Part shown: positions 45,054 through 57,495 of the stretch, one piece after another
How the letters are laid out: each line of letters starts with the position of its first letter
Position numbering within the stretch: the first letter of the stretch is position 1
NCBI GenBank assembly: GCA_951406725.2
Contig: OX597814.1
Location: 115,878,001 to 115,942,000 of the forward strand
Source: Octopus vulgaris
Lineage: Eukaryota
Reading direction: 5' to 3'
Length of the DNA: 64,000 nt
Program-made: the position numbers and the translations under genes
The notes under the pieces: generated by a model
Seen by the model: the letters and a program-made list of their open reading frames with translations, nothing else
What the model was told of the DNA's origin: nothing
Database searches by the model: none

Positions 45054-45055
<2 letters not shown>
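44174..45055. mobile_element. Penelope-like non-autonomous element with ~300-bp inverted duplication, one HHR per arm
   Basis: Arms at about 44174-44480 and 44580-44870 are reverse complements. The element abuts (TA)n. Confidence 0.75.
44298..44335 (+). ncRNA. Minimal type I hammerhead motif (inverted copy at 44711-44747 on minus)
   Basis: CUGU-CCGACGA-ACG-GGAA-CGU-GAAA-CUCCGAG-UA-ACAG. Confidence 0.7.
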
Positions 45056-45110
<55 letters not shown>

Positions 45111-45709
45111 GCTTCTTTCAGTTTTGTCTACCAAATCCATTCACAAGGCTCTGGTCGACCAGCGGCTATAATAGTTGACACATACCCGATGTGTCCCGCA
45201 GTGGGACTGAACCCGCAACCATATGAATACATGAATTTTATCTTTTACTTGGGTTGTAACAGAACTTGTTCAAAAATGATGTTTGCGAACACAAATGACA
45301 GATGCTACTTGTTCAGTTTCCATCTCTGACCACTTACTGTCTAAATTAAACAAAAACGAAGCATGGACGGCATGACATGTAAACATATGCAACGTATATT
45401 GGTCAGACTTTTCAGCTAATGGAGCTGACCGCTATTTCTTCCAGTAACTGCATGAGGTACTGATGTACACTAGACCGAAAGACGAACAGATAGAATTGTT
45501 GTAGTATGGCGACAAATTCTCCTACAGTCTTTACAATTTTTACACAGTCAGTCATTACCAGGTTGGACTAAAGGCTGCAAATAGAAAAGTTTAGGTACAG
45601 TTACCATGAATAGACACAGTTCCGAAAACCTGAATCATGAAAATATTTTTATTCGGTTCATGGTAAGAGATGAACAACCATTGTGAATTTGTTTTACAAT
45701 AACTAGTAA

Positions 45710-46073
45710 CAAGAGCACTCAGAGAGCGCAAACCTCCGCCAAGGCAACACCAATGTCCTCTCAACGATTAGCCAGAGATGATTTTTAAAATGAGAATATT
45801 TTAAATAAACTCGAATGCTCTCATAAACGAGAATACTAAAAATGAACACGACCGCTCTAAAAAATTAAGTAAAAAAACCGGAAAAATAATCCAGAATCCT
45901 AGTCCGGCACCCGATCGATCCCAAAATCTAATCAGTTCGTGCTAGTCACAAGGCTAAACATCCCTGAAAGTTTCATCCGAATCCATCCGGCGGTTCTTGA
46001 GATATCTTATCCACGGACAAACAGACAGACACGACTGAAAATAATACCTCCGCCTTCGCCAAGGCGGAGGTAA
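45710..46073 (-). mobile_element. Helentron/DINE-1-like non-autonomous element
   Basis: Subterminal inverted repeat ACCTCCGCC/GGCGGAGGT at both ends, 5' hairpin, (GTCT) repeat and 3' stem-loop gcgctc-tct-gagtgc. Confidence 0.7.
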
Positions 46074-47607
46074 TAAGTGTTTCTTACACAGGCACAGGGC
46101 CAGAAATTTGAGGTGGAGGAGTAGGGTCAGTCTTTTAAATTGACCTTGGTACCTCGGAAGGACAAAATGCAAAGTTCACCTCAGTGAGATTTGGACTCGG
46201 GCCATACTGGACTCGAGTAAATATCGCATTCTTTTTTAACGTTCTAATGATTCTACCAATGTATCACCGTTTCTTGTAATTAGTGGATGCGCATGGTTTA
46301 GCGGTTAGGGTGTTGGACTCATGATCGTAAGATTGTGCTTTCGGTTCCTGGACCAGGCGGACGCATTGTGTTCTTGAGGAAAACACTTCATTTCATGTTG
46401 TTCCAGTCCACTCAGCTGGCAAAAATGTATAATCTTGTGACGGACTGGCGTCCTGTCCAGGTGGGGAATATATACACCACTGAAACCAGGAAACTGGCCC
46501 TCATGAGCCTGGCTTGGCTCAAGAAGGAAACATCTATTTATTTATTTATTCTTGTAATAATCACTTCCGATTTTGGCACAAGGCCAGCAAAACTTTTGTT
46601 GTTGTTGTGGTGGGTTAGACGATGACATCAAATTTGTACCTCTTCAGTACTTTATTTTGTCGAATGTGAAAGGATAAACGACGGCGACGACGATGATGAA
46701 GTGTAGTTAACTGTCTTTGACGAGGCGTAGTAATGGAGAATGATTAAGATTGTGTTTAACTGCTTTCTTGCGGTTTAATATTTGAACTTGATTACTGAGG
46801 TCGTACAGAACACAGTTTAACCTGATAACTAAAGTGTGAAGTGTCGTATTTTTTGATCAAACTGCTTTTTTCTATGTAATTTTATCAATGCAGTACTTGA
46901 GAATAACACTTAAACTGATAAGGGATGTTATGAGATAATGAGGTTACCTCCACCTGGTTGCTCGATCTTCTAAAATTAGCGCCAAAATCACCTTAATGCC
47001 ACAATATTTGTTTAAAAAAAAGGGACTAGTTGAATACTGTGCTCCATCGCCCCTTACGCTTGAGAACATGCAGGATGGTCATATCTGGAAAACCTTGGAA
47101 CATAGGTCTGTTCAGTCGGGATTCATCATCATCATCGTCGTCGTCGTCGTCATCATCATCAACCCCCGTGGATATTACTGTGTTGAGTTCTAGGAGTCAT
47201 AGGACCAGTTATGCCGTTTCTATGGCGTGTAATTGACCGCGGTGACAACATTCCCCAACCTCTGAACGGGGCGCCAGTCTGTCGCAGAGTTACTGATTTA
47301 TAGCTGAGTAAACGAGAGCAAGGTGAAAAGACAACGCACTGCCCAGTTGAGTATAAATCAAGCCATGGCAGAGTTGGCCAATTTCTACACTGGTTAATAT
47401 GTCAACATAATAAAATCAAAACTGTTAACAACTGGTGTAAACACCACCCCGAAGTTGTAATTGAGGGAGAAAATATAACGATTCGTTGGGACTTTCCAGT
47501 ACACACAGACAGAACCATCAAAGCTAATAAGCCGGTTATTGTTGTGAAAGACCAAAACAATGGAGTTTGTTTGTTGATCGATATGAGTATTCCTTGTGAT
47601 CGTAATA

Positions 47608-47897
47608 TGGCGGCAAGCTGGCAGAAACGTTAGCACGCCGGGCGAAATGCTTAGCGGTATTTCGCCTGCCGCTACGTTCTGAGTTCAAATTCCGCCGAGG
47701 TCGACTTTGCTTTTCATCCTTTCGGGATCGATAAATTAAGTACCAGTTACACACCAGGGTCGATATAATCGACTTAATCCGTTTGTCTGTCCTTGTTTGT
47801 CCCTTCTGTGTTTAGCCCCTTGTGGGTAGTAAAGAAATAGGTATTTGGTCTGCCGTTACGTTTTGTGTTCAAATTCCGCCGAGGTCGACTTTACCTT
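47608..47897 (+). mobile_element. Family B SINE tandem units, 5' side of the Tx1 insertion
   Basis: A/B box head, Tx1-type tail, then a restart at ggtatttgg. Confidence 0.85.
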
Positions 47898-50221
47898 TGT
47901 AAAAATATGAGTCTAAGAGACGTAGAATAGGAGATGGTATAGTTAAGGAACTAGAAGAAGCCTTGAGGACTGGTAATGCGGACCAAGCGAGGATGAAAAG
48001 ACTGGAGTTAAACCAGCATCTTGAAGCCCAACACATAGGAAGTATTGCCAGAGCTAAGTTACGTGCAATGGGAAGTGAAAGAATCAAGGCCGCTGGATGG
48101 GCCCGAGTGGTGGAAACTCGGCAAGGAAATAGTTCCACTATTCGGTCTTTGACGAATCAAAATGGTGTCTTGGTAAACGAAGCCGAGAAAATGTGTGAGG
48201 CCTTTCGGGAGTACTTCGCCCAGCTGTTCGGGAGTAACGGCGGTCCTGGTGGTGGGAGAGCCCTCGAGAACTTTCTTGCCGGGATGCTGTGTCTCTCGCG
48301 GTCGGATGCGGAGTCTTGCAAAGGGCCAATCACGCCTGTGGAGGTAATGGAAGCTTTGCCCAACTGTAAAGCGGGTAAGTCGCCGGGACTTGATGATCTT
48401 CCGTACGAGCTGTATAAATGTATGCCAGACTTGCTCGGGCACCTACTGGCTGACGTGTACGCGAACTGGCAACAGAATGAGTTTATCCCCAGATCTGTGC
48501 ACCGGGGAGTAGTGACGTTGGTCAGAAAGGACCCGCACAAGGGGGACGTTATAGAGAACTTCAGGCCCATCACTCTGTTAAACACAGAAGTGAAGATTTT
48601 GGCCAAGGTCTTAGCAAAAAGGTTGGCGCGTGTCGCGAATGGTATAGTCGGGGAAGCACAGACATGTGCCATCCCAGGAAGAACCATTCAGGATCCCCTA
48701 CATCTTATTCGCTATACCACAGAGAGGGATAGTAATAAATCTGGCAAAGATGGGGCATTGGTACATTTAGACCAGCCTAAAGCTTTTGATAGGGTTGGCC
48801 ATCGATACTTTCAGACAGCGTTGTTTGGTACTGGACGGAGGGATCGGTTAAGTTGCTAGGAGTTTGGTTTGGACCAGGCCTTCAGATAGAGAAGAACTGG
48901 ACGGAGGTATTGAGCAGGATGGCTGCAGTAGTCAAGACCTGGTTTTGGCGGTGGCTATCCCTGAACGGGAGGGCGGAGGTGGCCAATGTGTTTATCGCAT
49001 CGGTCATTACCTGACGCCTGACCGTCGTGCCCTGTCCGGATTCGTGGTTGATTAGGTTGGAGATACAGCTCTTTCGCTTTTTGTGGAAAGGTAGGTCGCC
49101 ACTTGTGAAACGCTCTGTCTGCTGTCAAAAGTCTTTAAAGGGAAGTTTAGGGATGCCTTGGTTAATGATGCGCAGGCATGCGTTGAGGTTGAGTCATCTT
49201 TGGATTCTCCTGGATAGTAAACGGGTCTGGTCTCCGCTAGCCAGACTAATGTTCCCCGAGTTCAAAAGTTTTTGCGAACAGGAAGTGGTCAAGTGAATAG
49301 CATAAATAATGCCGTAACGCCCTCTTGCTATTCCGGCGCTCGGGCAACGCCAGCTGTGGGGGTTCCACACGGATTTTATATAGTGGGTTGGTATAGTCTG
49401 AATGTGACGATGGCCTGGGGGCGACTCTAGGTCTCGGATTTATTCAACTGGACTGCTTGTTTCACCGTACATTCGGGTTGAGAACGTTGGACAACTTTAA
49501 AAAGTCCTTGACCTGGCAATGCTACAGAGGTGCCTTGCTCGTTTGGGATAAGCTCGCAAGACACGGTAAGCGTCAGTCGTCGACCTGTCCAAGATGCAGG
49601 GGCGGGGGGTGGGCAGGGAAACCGTCCCTCACGCTATTGTTCAGTATCCGGAGATATCTGAAATGTGGGCTTATGCTGAACACCTGTTGTCCGGCAAAGG
49701 AAGAGTACAGCTATCGATTGAGTCACTTATAAAAACTGACCCACCGGGAGTTTTAACGAACGAAGGTAAGAATAGTTTTTTCACGGTTGTAGCAATAGCG
49801 AAAGAGGCAGTATGGAAGACTAGGATAAAAGGAATTAAGATAGGCAACTTTATCTCTGGCCACAATTTACGATCATTTTTTTCTTTTCATTTGAAAAGGA
49901 AGGTTTGGCTGGAGAAGAGGTGTCTGTCGGAGTGTACGTTCCAAAAGAGATGGAAGCATGTTGCACGAGTACTGTGCGTGCAAGGAACCGTGTGAATAGA
50001 CGAAAAAAAAAAGAACAAAAAAAGGTACCAGCATTAGATCGGGGCTTGTGGGGTCGTCGCTTCATTTGTGTTGTCCCTGTATTGTTAATTTCATTCGATT
50101 TTCTATATATTGTGTTTAATTTTTAAAAGTCACATTTTATGTAAAATCATACCGCATTACTGATCCCATCAATTTTTCTGTCGATTTCTATGTTTAGCCC
50201 TCGGTGGGCAATAAAGAAATT
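47898..50221 (+). mobile_element. 5'-truncated, internally deleted Tx1-clade (L1 group) LINE
   Basis: KSPGLDDLPYELY, NFRPITLLNTEVKILAKVLAKRL, QTCAIPGRTIQD, LDQPKAFDRVGH, FRFLWKG...GSLGMP and zinc-knuckle CPRC..ETVPH motifs. The 3' UTR ends aataaagaaat. Confidence 0.9.
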
Positions 50222-50572
50222 GGTATTTCGTCTGCCGCTACGTTCTGAGTTCAAATTCCGTCGAGGTCGACTTTGCCTTTCATCCTTTTGGGGTCGATAA
50301 ATTAAGCATCAGTTACGCACTAGGGTCGATGTAATCGACTTAATCTGTTTGTCTGTCCTTGTTTGTCCCCTCTGTGTTTAGCCCCTTGTGGGCAGTAAAG
50401 AAATAGGTATTTCGTCTGCCGTTACGTTTTGAGTTCAAATTCCGCCGAGGTCGACTTTACCTTTTATCCTTTCGGGGGCGATAAATTAGGTACCAGTTGC
50501 GTACTGGGGTCGATCTAATCGACTAGCCCCTTTCCCCGAAATTTTGAGCCTAGTGCCTAGAGTAGAAACGAA
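50222..50572 (+). mobile_element. Family B SINE tandem units, 3' side of the Tx1 insertion
   Basis: Two units that each start at ggtatttcgtctgcc. Confidence 0.85.
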
Positions 50573-50772
50573 TATCTCTGCAAAAGAATCTGCCAAGCTC
50601 AGAAAATATGAAGATTTGCTCATTGAAATCGAAAAAAATGTAGCATCTCAATGCAGTTATGGTATCAGTGATTGTAGGAGCACTTGGAATGATAAAAAAA
50701 AGGAGCTGACAATTATTTGAGAATGATCTCTGGCTGACCATCCCACGAAGAAGTGAAAAAGATTGTTTTAAT
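50573..50772 (+). mobile_element. R4/Dong-like REL endonuclease fragment
   Basis: KLRKYEDLLIEIEK...VIVGALGMIKK motif. Confidence 0.7.
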
Positions 50773-51228
50773 TTGTACGTCACACATTTTGAGATTGTTG
50801 CCATCATGAAAACGGTAGCAAACGATGAAGACATTCGGCGGAATCGACTGGATCTGTATAGTACGAAGAATTGGATTCTTCACAACGATGATGTCCCTGT
50901 TGTCACCTGTCGCCAACCTCTCCTCATTCGTGAGTACTCGCCAAAAAACAACATGGTATCGCTTCAGCACCCGCCCTGAGGTGAAAATGGGGATCAAAGG
51001 TGACTGTTTTAATACCGTTGTTGAGATCAAGAGCAAGTCGCAGAAAGTCCATGACTCGTTTACTGAAAATGACTTCCAGGCCGGATTCCAGAAGTGGCAG
51101 AAATACTGGGGAGGGTGCATTGCTGCGCAAGGTGACTATTTCGAAGAAGATGATGTTAAAATTTGGATAAATAGGTTATTATTTTTATTAAATATAACAG
51201 TCCCGGAACTTTTTGATACCGCGTCGTA
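50773..51228 (+). mobile_element. 3' fragment of a different mariner element
   Basis: WILHNDD..., FQAGFQKWQKYWGGCIAAQGDYFE, and a TIR-like end cccggaactttttgataccgcgtcgTA. Confidence 0.8.
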
Positions 51229-51586
51229 AGATTAATTATTAACAACAAATATGAAGTAATAAAAAAATAAACCCCGTAAAGATCTGTTTTGAAAGAGCGG
51301 AAAATTATGCTAATCAAATGGATGTAATAATGAAAATGAGATGAAAAGGTGAAGGACTGACTGAGAAAGTATCATATAATTACACCTAGCTGAAGAGTGA
51401 TCAGATTTTATTAGCAGCTCGCCCCTTGCATTTCAAATTTAAAACATAAACACACCCATACCGATGTACAGTCATACACATATACACATATTCATGTATA
51501 CACTTGAGCCGGCGTGTATGCTGATATTTGTCGGAGCCAGTTGGTGGGTTGATAGTGGCGATGATGTAGGTTGCATTGGTTTCGAT

Positions 51587-51876
51587 CAGTGGTTCCCAAC
51601 CTTTTCACCGTGGTTCTTTTATTTAAATGAGTTTTCCCACGGACCCCTTTTAATATGCTTAGCCTTGTATATATATATATATATATATATATAGTAAATA
51701 CAAAAAAAGAATACAAAAACGCGAGGACGTGGTACATGTAAAGTATTAGCAGACGCTCAGGGAAGGAAGGAAAGATGGTTTAACGTTTCGAGCAACGCTC
51801 TTCTTCAGAAAAATAGGAACGTCCAATAGAAAGAAAGACGGAGGAAGAAAATCGCCAACGATTCATATGTAGTTAC

Positions 51877-51921
<45 letters not shown>

Positions 51922-52000
51922 TTTTGAATTTAGTTTATGGACCCCCAGTACTACCTTTCCGGACTACCATGGATCCGCGGATCCAGGTTGGGAACCATTG
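51587..52000. mobile_element. hAT (Charlie-like) MITE with nested HHR-bearing fragment
   Basis: TIRs cagtggttcccaacc / ggttgggaaccattg and an 8-bp TSD gtttcgat / gtttagat. Confidence 0.85.
51778..51812 (-). ncRNA. Minimal hammerhead motif in a Penelope-like fragment
   Basis: UUU-CUGAAGA-A-GAGC-GUU-GCUC-GAAA-CG-UU-AAA. Confidence 0.65.
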
Positions 52001-52568
52001 GTTTAGATGTTAGGGATGATGGGTAGGTATTGATGGAGGCGTGATTGTCATATCGTTCTTGCTAATTGTATTATTGTGACTGTTTAGTCTCAAGTCGATC
52101 CTCATTAGCCTAAGATCAAAGACATTTCATTCAACTTTTAAAACACACTAAGATACTGTATTACATGTTTTATAATTCATCTCCTAGTTTGTATATAAAT
52201 CTCCAAATATCCGTTTAAACAGATAATCCACACTCAAGTTTAAAGCGTGAGCACCGTACTTGCTCATCGCTTCTTTCCATCTTCCGCTGCTTTACCTCAG
52301 CCTCTTTCTTTTTCTTTTCTTCTCTCATCTCTCTTCTTTCGTCTTTATTTGTATTTAAATATTTAATAAAGAATACATTTGACTATTTCCTACCTTTTCG
52401 TCTCTATTTTTATTTTGTTGAAAAACTAAAATTTCCCCCAAATAACGTAACAGTTCTGCAAGGGAGGCTACTCAGAATTCGTAACAAAAGTTATTGCCCT
52501 TATATTTCGAGATCTTTTTTAAACGCTTATTGGCGTTATATTATTACTCATACATACCTTATTAATAA

Positions 52569-53079
52569 CTAGCAGTATCGCCCGGCGTTGCTCGGGTTTG
52601 TAAGGGAAATAACTATATAAGCATTTTTAGAGAGTTACTTCCCTTATAGATGCCAATTCGGGCTTTCTTAGCCATTTCTGTTTTGGTGTCTTCAAGCCAT
52701 GAAGTCGTTCTAAAAGAACGCTGGTCTCCTTGACAACGCTTTACGACGTTGATTTCCTTACACTCCCTTCCCCACAGCTTCACGAGGGAGGGAAGAAGGG
52801 GTAGAAGCAACACAGGTGCAGGTGTGACCATGGACGCCAACTCCGCCGCCATCGACACACGAAAAAATATGCATTAAAATGGAATAAAAAATGATGTTAA
52901 ATTATTTTTAAAATCGTAGACTCATCGTAGACGCGCGCTAATACCCAGACGGGCTCGATATGAATCACGACTATAAGATACCCGAATTTGGTTAAACTGC
53001 ACCGCAAAATGTGGGAGTAGTTAGGAATCTAAATCGTAGGAGACAGACACTCACACAACTACAGTTTTATATATATAGA
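52569..53079 (-). mobile_element. Non-autonomous Helitron
   Basis: Minus-strand TC start, hairpin and CTAG end. Homologous to 4920-5316. Confidence 0.8.
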
Positions 53080-53524
53080 TATAATAATCAAATATCGTGG
53101 ATATTTTTTTTAGCGTGACTTTGGTAAATTAAATGAAACTTCATGTAAATGCACAATTATATAAAGCTATAATATGAAATGCATGCCTACGGTTGAAATT
53201 CTTATATTTCTGAGGTGGAAATAAAATATTTGAGGAATTAATCTCACTCTTCAATTCCTACATTAGATTTACTTTAACCAATTCGCTGCTATATTTATTA
53301 TATGATATGCTGTTTTCACCATAGAATACAGAAAGAGAGAAAGCAAACCACAAAAATATCATGATACAGAAAAAAACAAACAAACAACATTTGTCTGTTT
53401 CTTCTCTCACTCAGTTTATATATCGAAACGTTAAAGACTTTTTCACTTCTCGAGCGTGAAAATAATACATCTGTTTGTTGTCTACACCACCTGTCTTCGT
53501 CTTTTTTTTATTGTGAATTCTCCC

Positions 53525-53617
<93 letters not shown>

Positions 53618-53706
53618 GGAAGAGTTTACGAAAACAACAAAAGACGAAGACAGGTGGTGTACAAAACAAACAGATGTATTAGTATAACGCTCAGGAATAG
53701 AAAAAG

Positions 53707-53744
53707 CCTTTTACGTTTCGAGCCTACGCTCTTCTACAGAAAGG
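53707..53744 (-). ncRNA. Minimal hammerhead-like motif (core variant CUGUAGA)
   Basis: CCUUU-CUGUAGA-A-GAGC-GUAG-GCUC-GAAA-CG-UA-AAAGG. An inverted partial copy lies at 53422-53524. Confidence 0.55.
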
Positions 53745-54060
53745 GACACAGAAAAAACAAGGAGAGAAAAAAATGTGTATCATGGCGCTAATATATATAT
53801 TAGGAGAGATTCCCGGCGTTGCTCGGGATTAAAATGGCATAGCTTTTTATTATTTTACTTCTTTCAGTCATGCTGGAGCACCGCCTTTAGTCGAATAAAT
53901 CGACCCCAGGATTTATTCTTTGTAAGCCTAGTACTTATTTTATCGGTGTCTTTTGTCGAACCGTTGGTTACAGGGACGTAAACACACAAATATCGGTTGT
54001 CAACGATGGTAGGAGAACAATCACACACACACACACACACACACAGATACACACACACAG

Positions 54061-54117
<57 letters not shown>

Positions 54118-54121
54118 CATA

Positions 54122-54945
54122 CTAGACTACCCGTGCGTGACCCGTTCGGTCACCAGAAAAGTCTGAATTTCCCAGCAATGTGGGTTATTTTGCATGCTTT
54201 CAACGAATGTGACATCAAAAGTACGTGTAAATAGCTCCTTTCCCTACAAAAGGAAAGATTTGGCTACTATTTCTTGCACGCCCTGCTACTATGATCAAGT
54301 ATTTCGTGTCCTTTATCGCAAATAGCAGTTACGTGGTAGCAGGGCGTGCAAGAAACAACAGCCAAATCTTTGGAATTGAGATACGTTGAATGCACTCGAA
54401 AAAAACCTATTGACAAAAATGATTTCACCCTGAGGTTACGAACGGGTCTTTTACGAAATATTTATACCAAAAAGAATATTTGTAATGGTGTTCACTTGAA
54501 AATAATTTTAAAAACCATTAAAATAGTGTCTGTTAAAATATAAATAATTATTGTACAAACAACTTCGCTTTTTGAAATCACATTTATTTAAAAATATTTC
54601 TAAATGATTACAATATTGTGTTTAACAAAAGTGAAAACAGAAACATTTTTCGTCGTCAAGTCACTGTATAATCGAAAGGTAAGAGTTACTTTCCTTTCAG
54701 GATCATGTTAATTTCGGAAACTTTTCCCACTATGCACCGTTTTGGGTATTCATACCCCGAAAACCCTTAATATCTTCCCAACTACTCATCCAATTTACGC
54801 GAACCTTGTCTCATTCCGCTGATATTTACATTTCAGGGAAGGCTTAATTCATAGTATTTTCCCATTCTGCGCCAGTTTGCCTGAGTAACGTTGCAAGCAA
54901 GGAAGCAAACAAGACAGAATCTGACTTTTGATGTATTTTATATAT
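54122..54945 (-). mobile_element. Probable non-autonomous Helitron
   Basis: CTAG end with nearby hairpin gtgacc..ggtcac at 54122-54155. The other end merges into (TA)n. Confidence 0.5.
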
Positions 54946-54951
54946 ATATAT

Positions 54952-55045
54952 AATTATTAATATTAGGGAAGGTATTTCCGAGATCACAGGGGAGAGTAAT
55001 TCAATTTAGTGGTACTAAAATGAATTTCCCGCTATATTATATACA

Positions 55046-55128
<83 letters not shown>

Positions 55129-55397
55129 ACGTAGATAGGTTTAAGAGACAGAACTACCTTCAAGCAACTCAATCAACATTGAACGACATTATCTATGATA
55201 GATATATATATAATATTAATTTTATCAAAATTAATATCTACAACTACTATTCTGAATCATATATTAAATGATATAGACTACGCACGTTTCTTGACAATAT
55301 ATCTATCGGTATTGTTGAAATAGAAGGTCTCAAAATTCAATGCCAAATCTATCCGTCTATACTGCCAATCTTCAGGTCTGGATTATATAAAACTATT
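54952..55397 (-). mobile_element. HHR-bearing non-coding element (second copy 57291-57736)
   Basis: Two direct copies, each abutting (TA)n, with different internal microsatellites. Confidence 0.8.
55275..55379 (-). ncRNA. Type I hammerhead motif with extended stem II (degenerate copy 57614-57718)
   Basis: AGAC-CUGAAGA-UUGGCAGUAUA...UAUAUUGUCAA-GAAA-CGUGCG-UA-GUCU. Confidence 0.75.
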
Positions 55398-56346
55398 TTA
55401 CTATTTACATCCTATATAAAGACATGACAACTAAAATTATACAACTAGAAATCGTCGAAATAATCTTTCATCACTAAATAAGGAACAAAAATGAGGAATA
55501 AAAATGAGGAATAAAAATGAGGAATAAAAAATAATAAAAATATGAAAAAGAAATATAAACTTATTATATGAGTTTATATTTCTTTTTCTTATTTTTCTTA
55601 TTTTTTATTCCTCATTATCTTATATAAGTTCACTGATATTAAAATATATTGCTTGAATCAGTAAAATAAAAGCATCAATCATGTCATTTAAGCAGTCAAG
55701 TTAAGCAGTTGGAGGAAACAAGAAAAACTGGCAAAAAAATTACTAACTTTGAAAAGTCTGTTAAAAAGCGAAGAATAATGCCAAATGTGGAACATGAGTT
55801 GACTGAACTAACTAGAATCCCCAGAAAATCCAGCATCACTGGAAGGTATAATGCATTAGCAAAAGTTAAAGAATCCAGATATGCAAGAAATCAGCTAATT
55901 GCTCAGGAACTAGAAAATCTATGGGAAAATTTGATTTTCCGTGTATAACATTAAAGTCTATTGTAAAAAAAAAACAACAAAAAAGTAAATACTCTGTTGA
56001 CAGGTTACGCTACCCATTTGAAACGTCTGAACCCAGACCAAAGTTTTGAAGATTTGTTTAACATTACTAATCAACATGGCAGCTGGTTATCTAAAGAAAA
56101 CAAAGACTTTTACAGTACACAAAATTCAAAGTGGCGGTATACTGGCTACACCACGTCTCGGTTAGCTATGGTTCATCCTTCAAACCGAACACCTTCGTCA
56201 AGAGTGTCAGCTTCAACTTCACAAGCGTTTCTCCCATATGCTGAAGCAGGTAAAGTAACGTGCCTAAAAAATTCTCAAATATTACACAGTGTTTTTTTTT
56301 TGTACGCATTGATGTCACTAATATGTGCACAACTTCTTGCAGATAC

Positions 56347-56389
56347 ATCATCATCATCATCATCATCATCATCGTCATCGTCATCATCG

Positions 56390-56441
<52 letters not shown>
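56347..56441. repeat. (CAT)n microsatellite
   Basis: Direct inspection. Confidence 0.97.
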
Positions 56442-56964
56442 AAGAAAACCCTCCTGATTCTGCGAATGAAATCACATTACCAATAGACGAACAAGTTGGC
56501 ATCGCTAAACATCACTCAACTCAGAAGCAATGTACTTGCTGAAAAAAAATAAATAAAAGAATTTAAGCAGCCATAAAGTAGCCAACGTCTGCAAACGGCT
56601 GAGAGAAGAAGGAACCCTTCTCCCGACACTGTTACCACCAGGAGTGTGCAAAGCCGCTATGAGAGAGGCTGCGAAGATGAAGCAGGAACTAAAAGAAACT
56701 ATGAAAAATGACCATATTGATGGAAAGGTTGTGAAAAGTAAAGAAAGACAAGTTGTAATGAAAAATAATACAAGAGAAGTTAGATTAGCAGCACTAACGC
56801 TGAAGAATGGCAGAGCAGATACCATTTTTCAAGGACTAAAGTAAGTTTTAGATGATTACGAATTGTGGCCAGCAATCAAAATAATTATAAAAGACACATG
56901 CAGTGTAAATACAGGAAAGCATAATGGAGTGGTCATTCAACTGCAGAACGAATTTATAAAGCAT

Positions 56965-57005
<41 letters not shown>

Positions 57006-57125
57006 CATATCAAAGGGAAATGGAAATTAATTAAAATTTACATTTCCAGTGGTGGAAATTAATTAAAATTTACATTTCCAGTGGTCTAACGTGTAAAAAA
57101 TTTAGTCAAAAAAAGACTATATATT

Positions 57126-57260
57126 AGTCATACGATATAGTGTATATTTAAACACATAAGGAATCCACTTATAGGAATTCAACACGCTAGCTGTTCTTTC
57201 TAGCGTGTTGAATTCCTATAAGTGGATTCCTTATGTGTTTAAATATACACTATATCATAT

Positions 57261-57264
<4 letters not shown>
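57126..57264. repeat. Near-perfect inverted repeat, 65-bp arms with 9-nt loop
   Basis: agtcatacgatatagtg...acacgctag / ctagcgtgt...cactatatcatatgact, one mismatch. Confidence 0.93.
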
Positions 57265-57291
<27 letters not shown>

Positions 57292-57388
57292 ATTATTAAT
57301 ATTAGGGAAGGTATTTCCGAGTCCACAGGGGAGAGTAATTCAATTTAGTGGTACTAAAATGAATTTCCCGCTGTATTATATACATATA

Positions 57389-57495
<107 letters not shown>

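Noticed and set aside
55486-55616. AT-rich inverted repeat with 13-bp tandem units
   Set aside because: It is low complexity and imperfect, with no evidence of function or element boundaries.
56166-56502. Poly-Met/Asp/Ser/Ile ORFs
   Set aside because: They are translations of the (CAT)n microsatellite.
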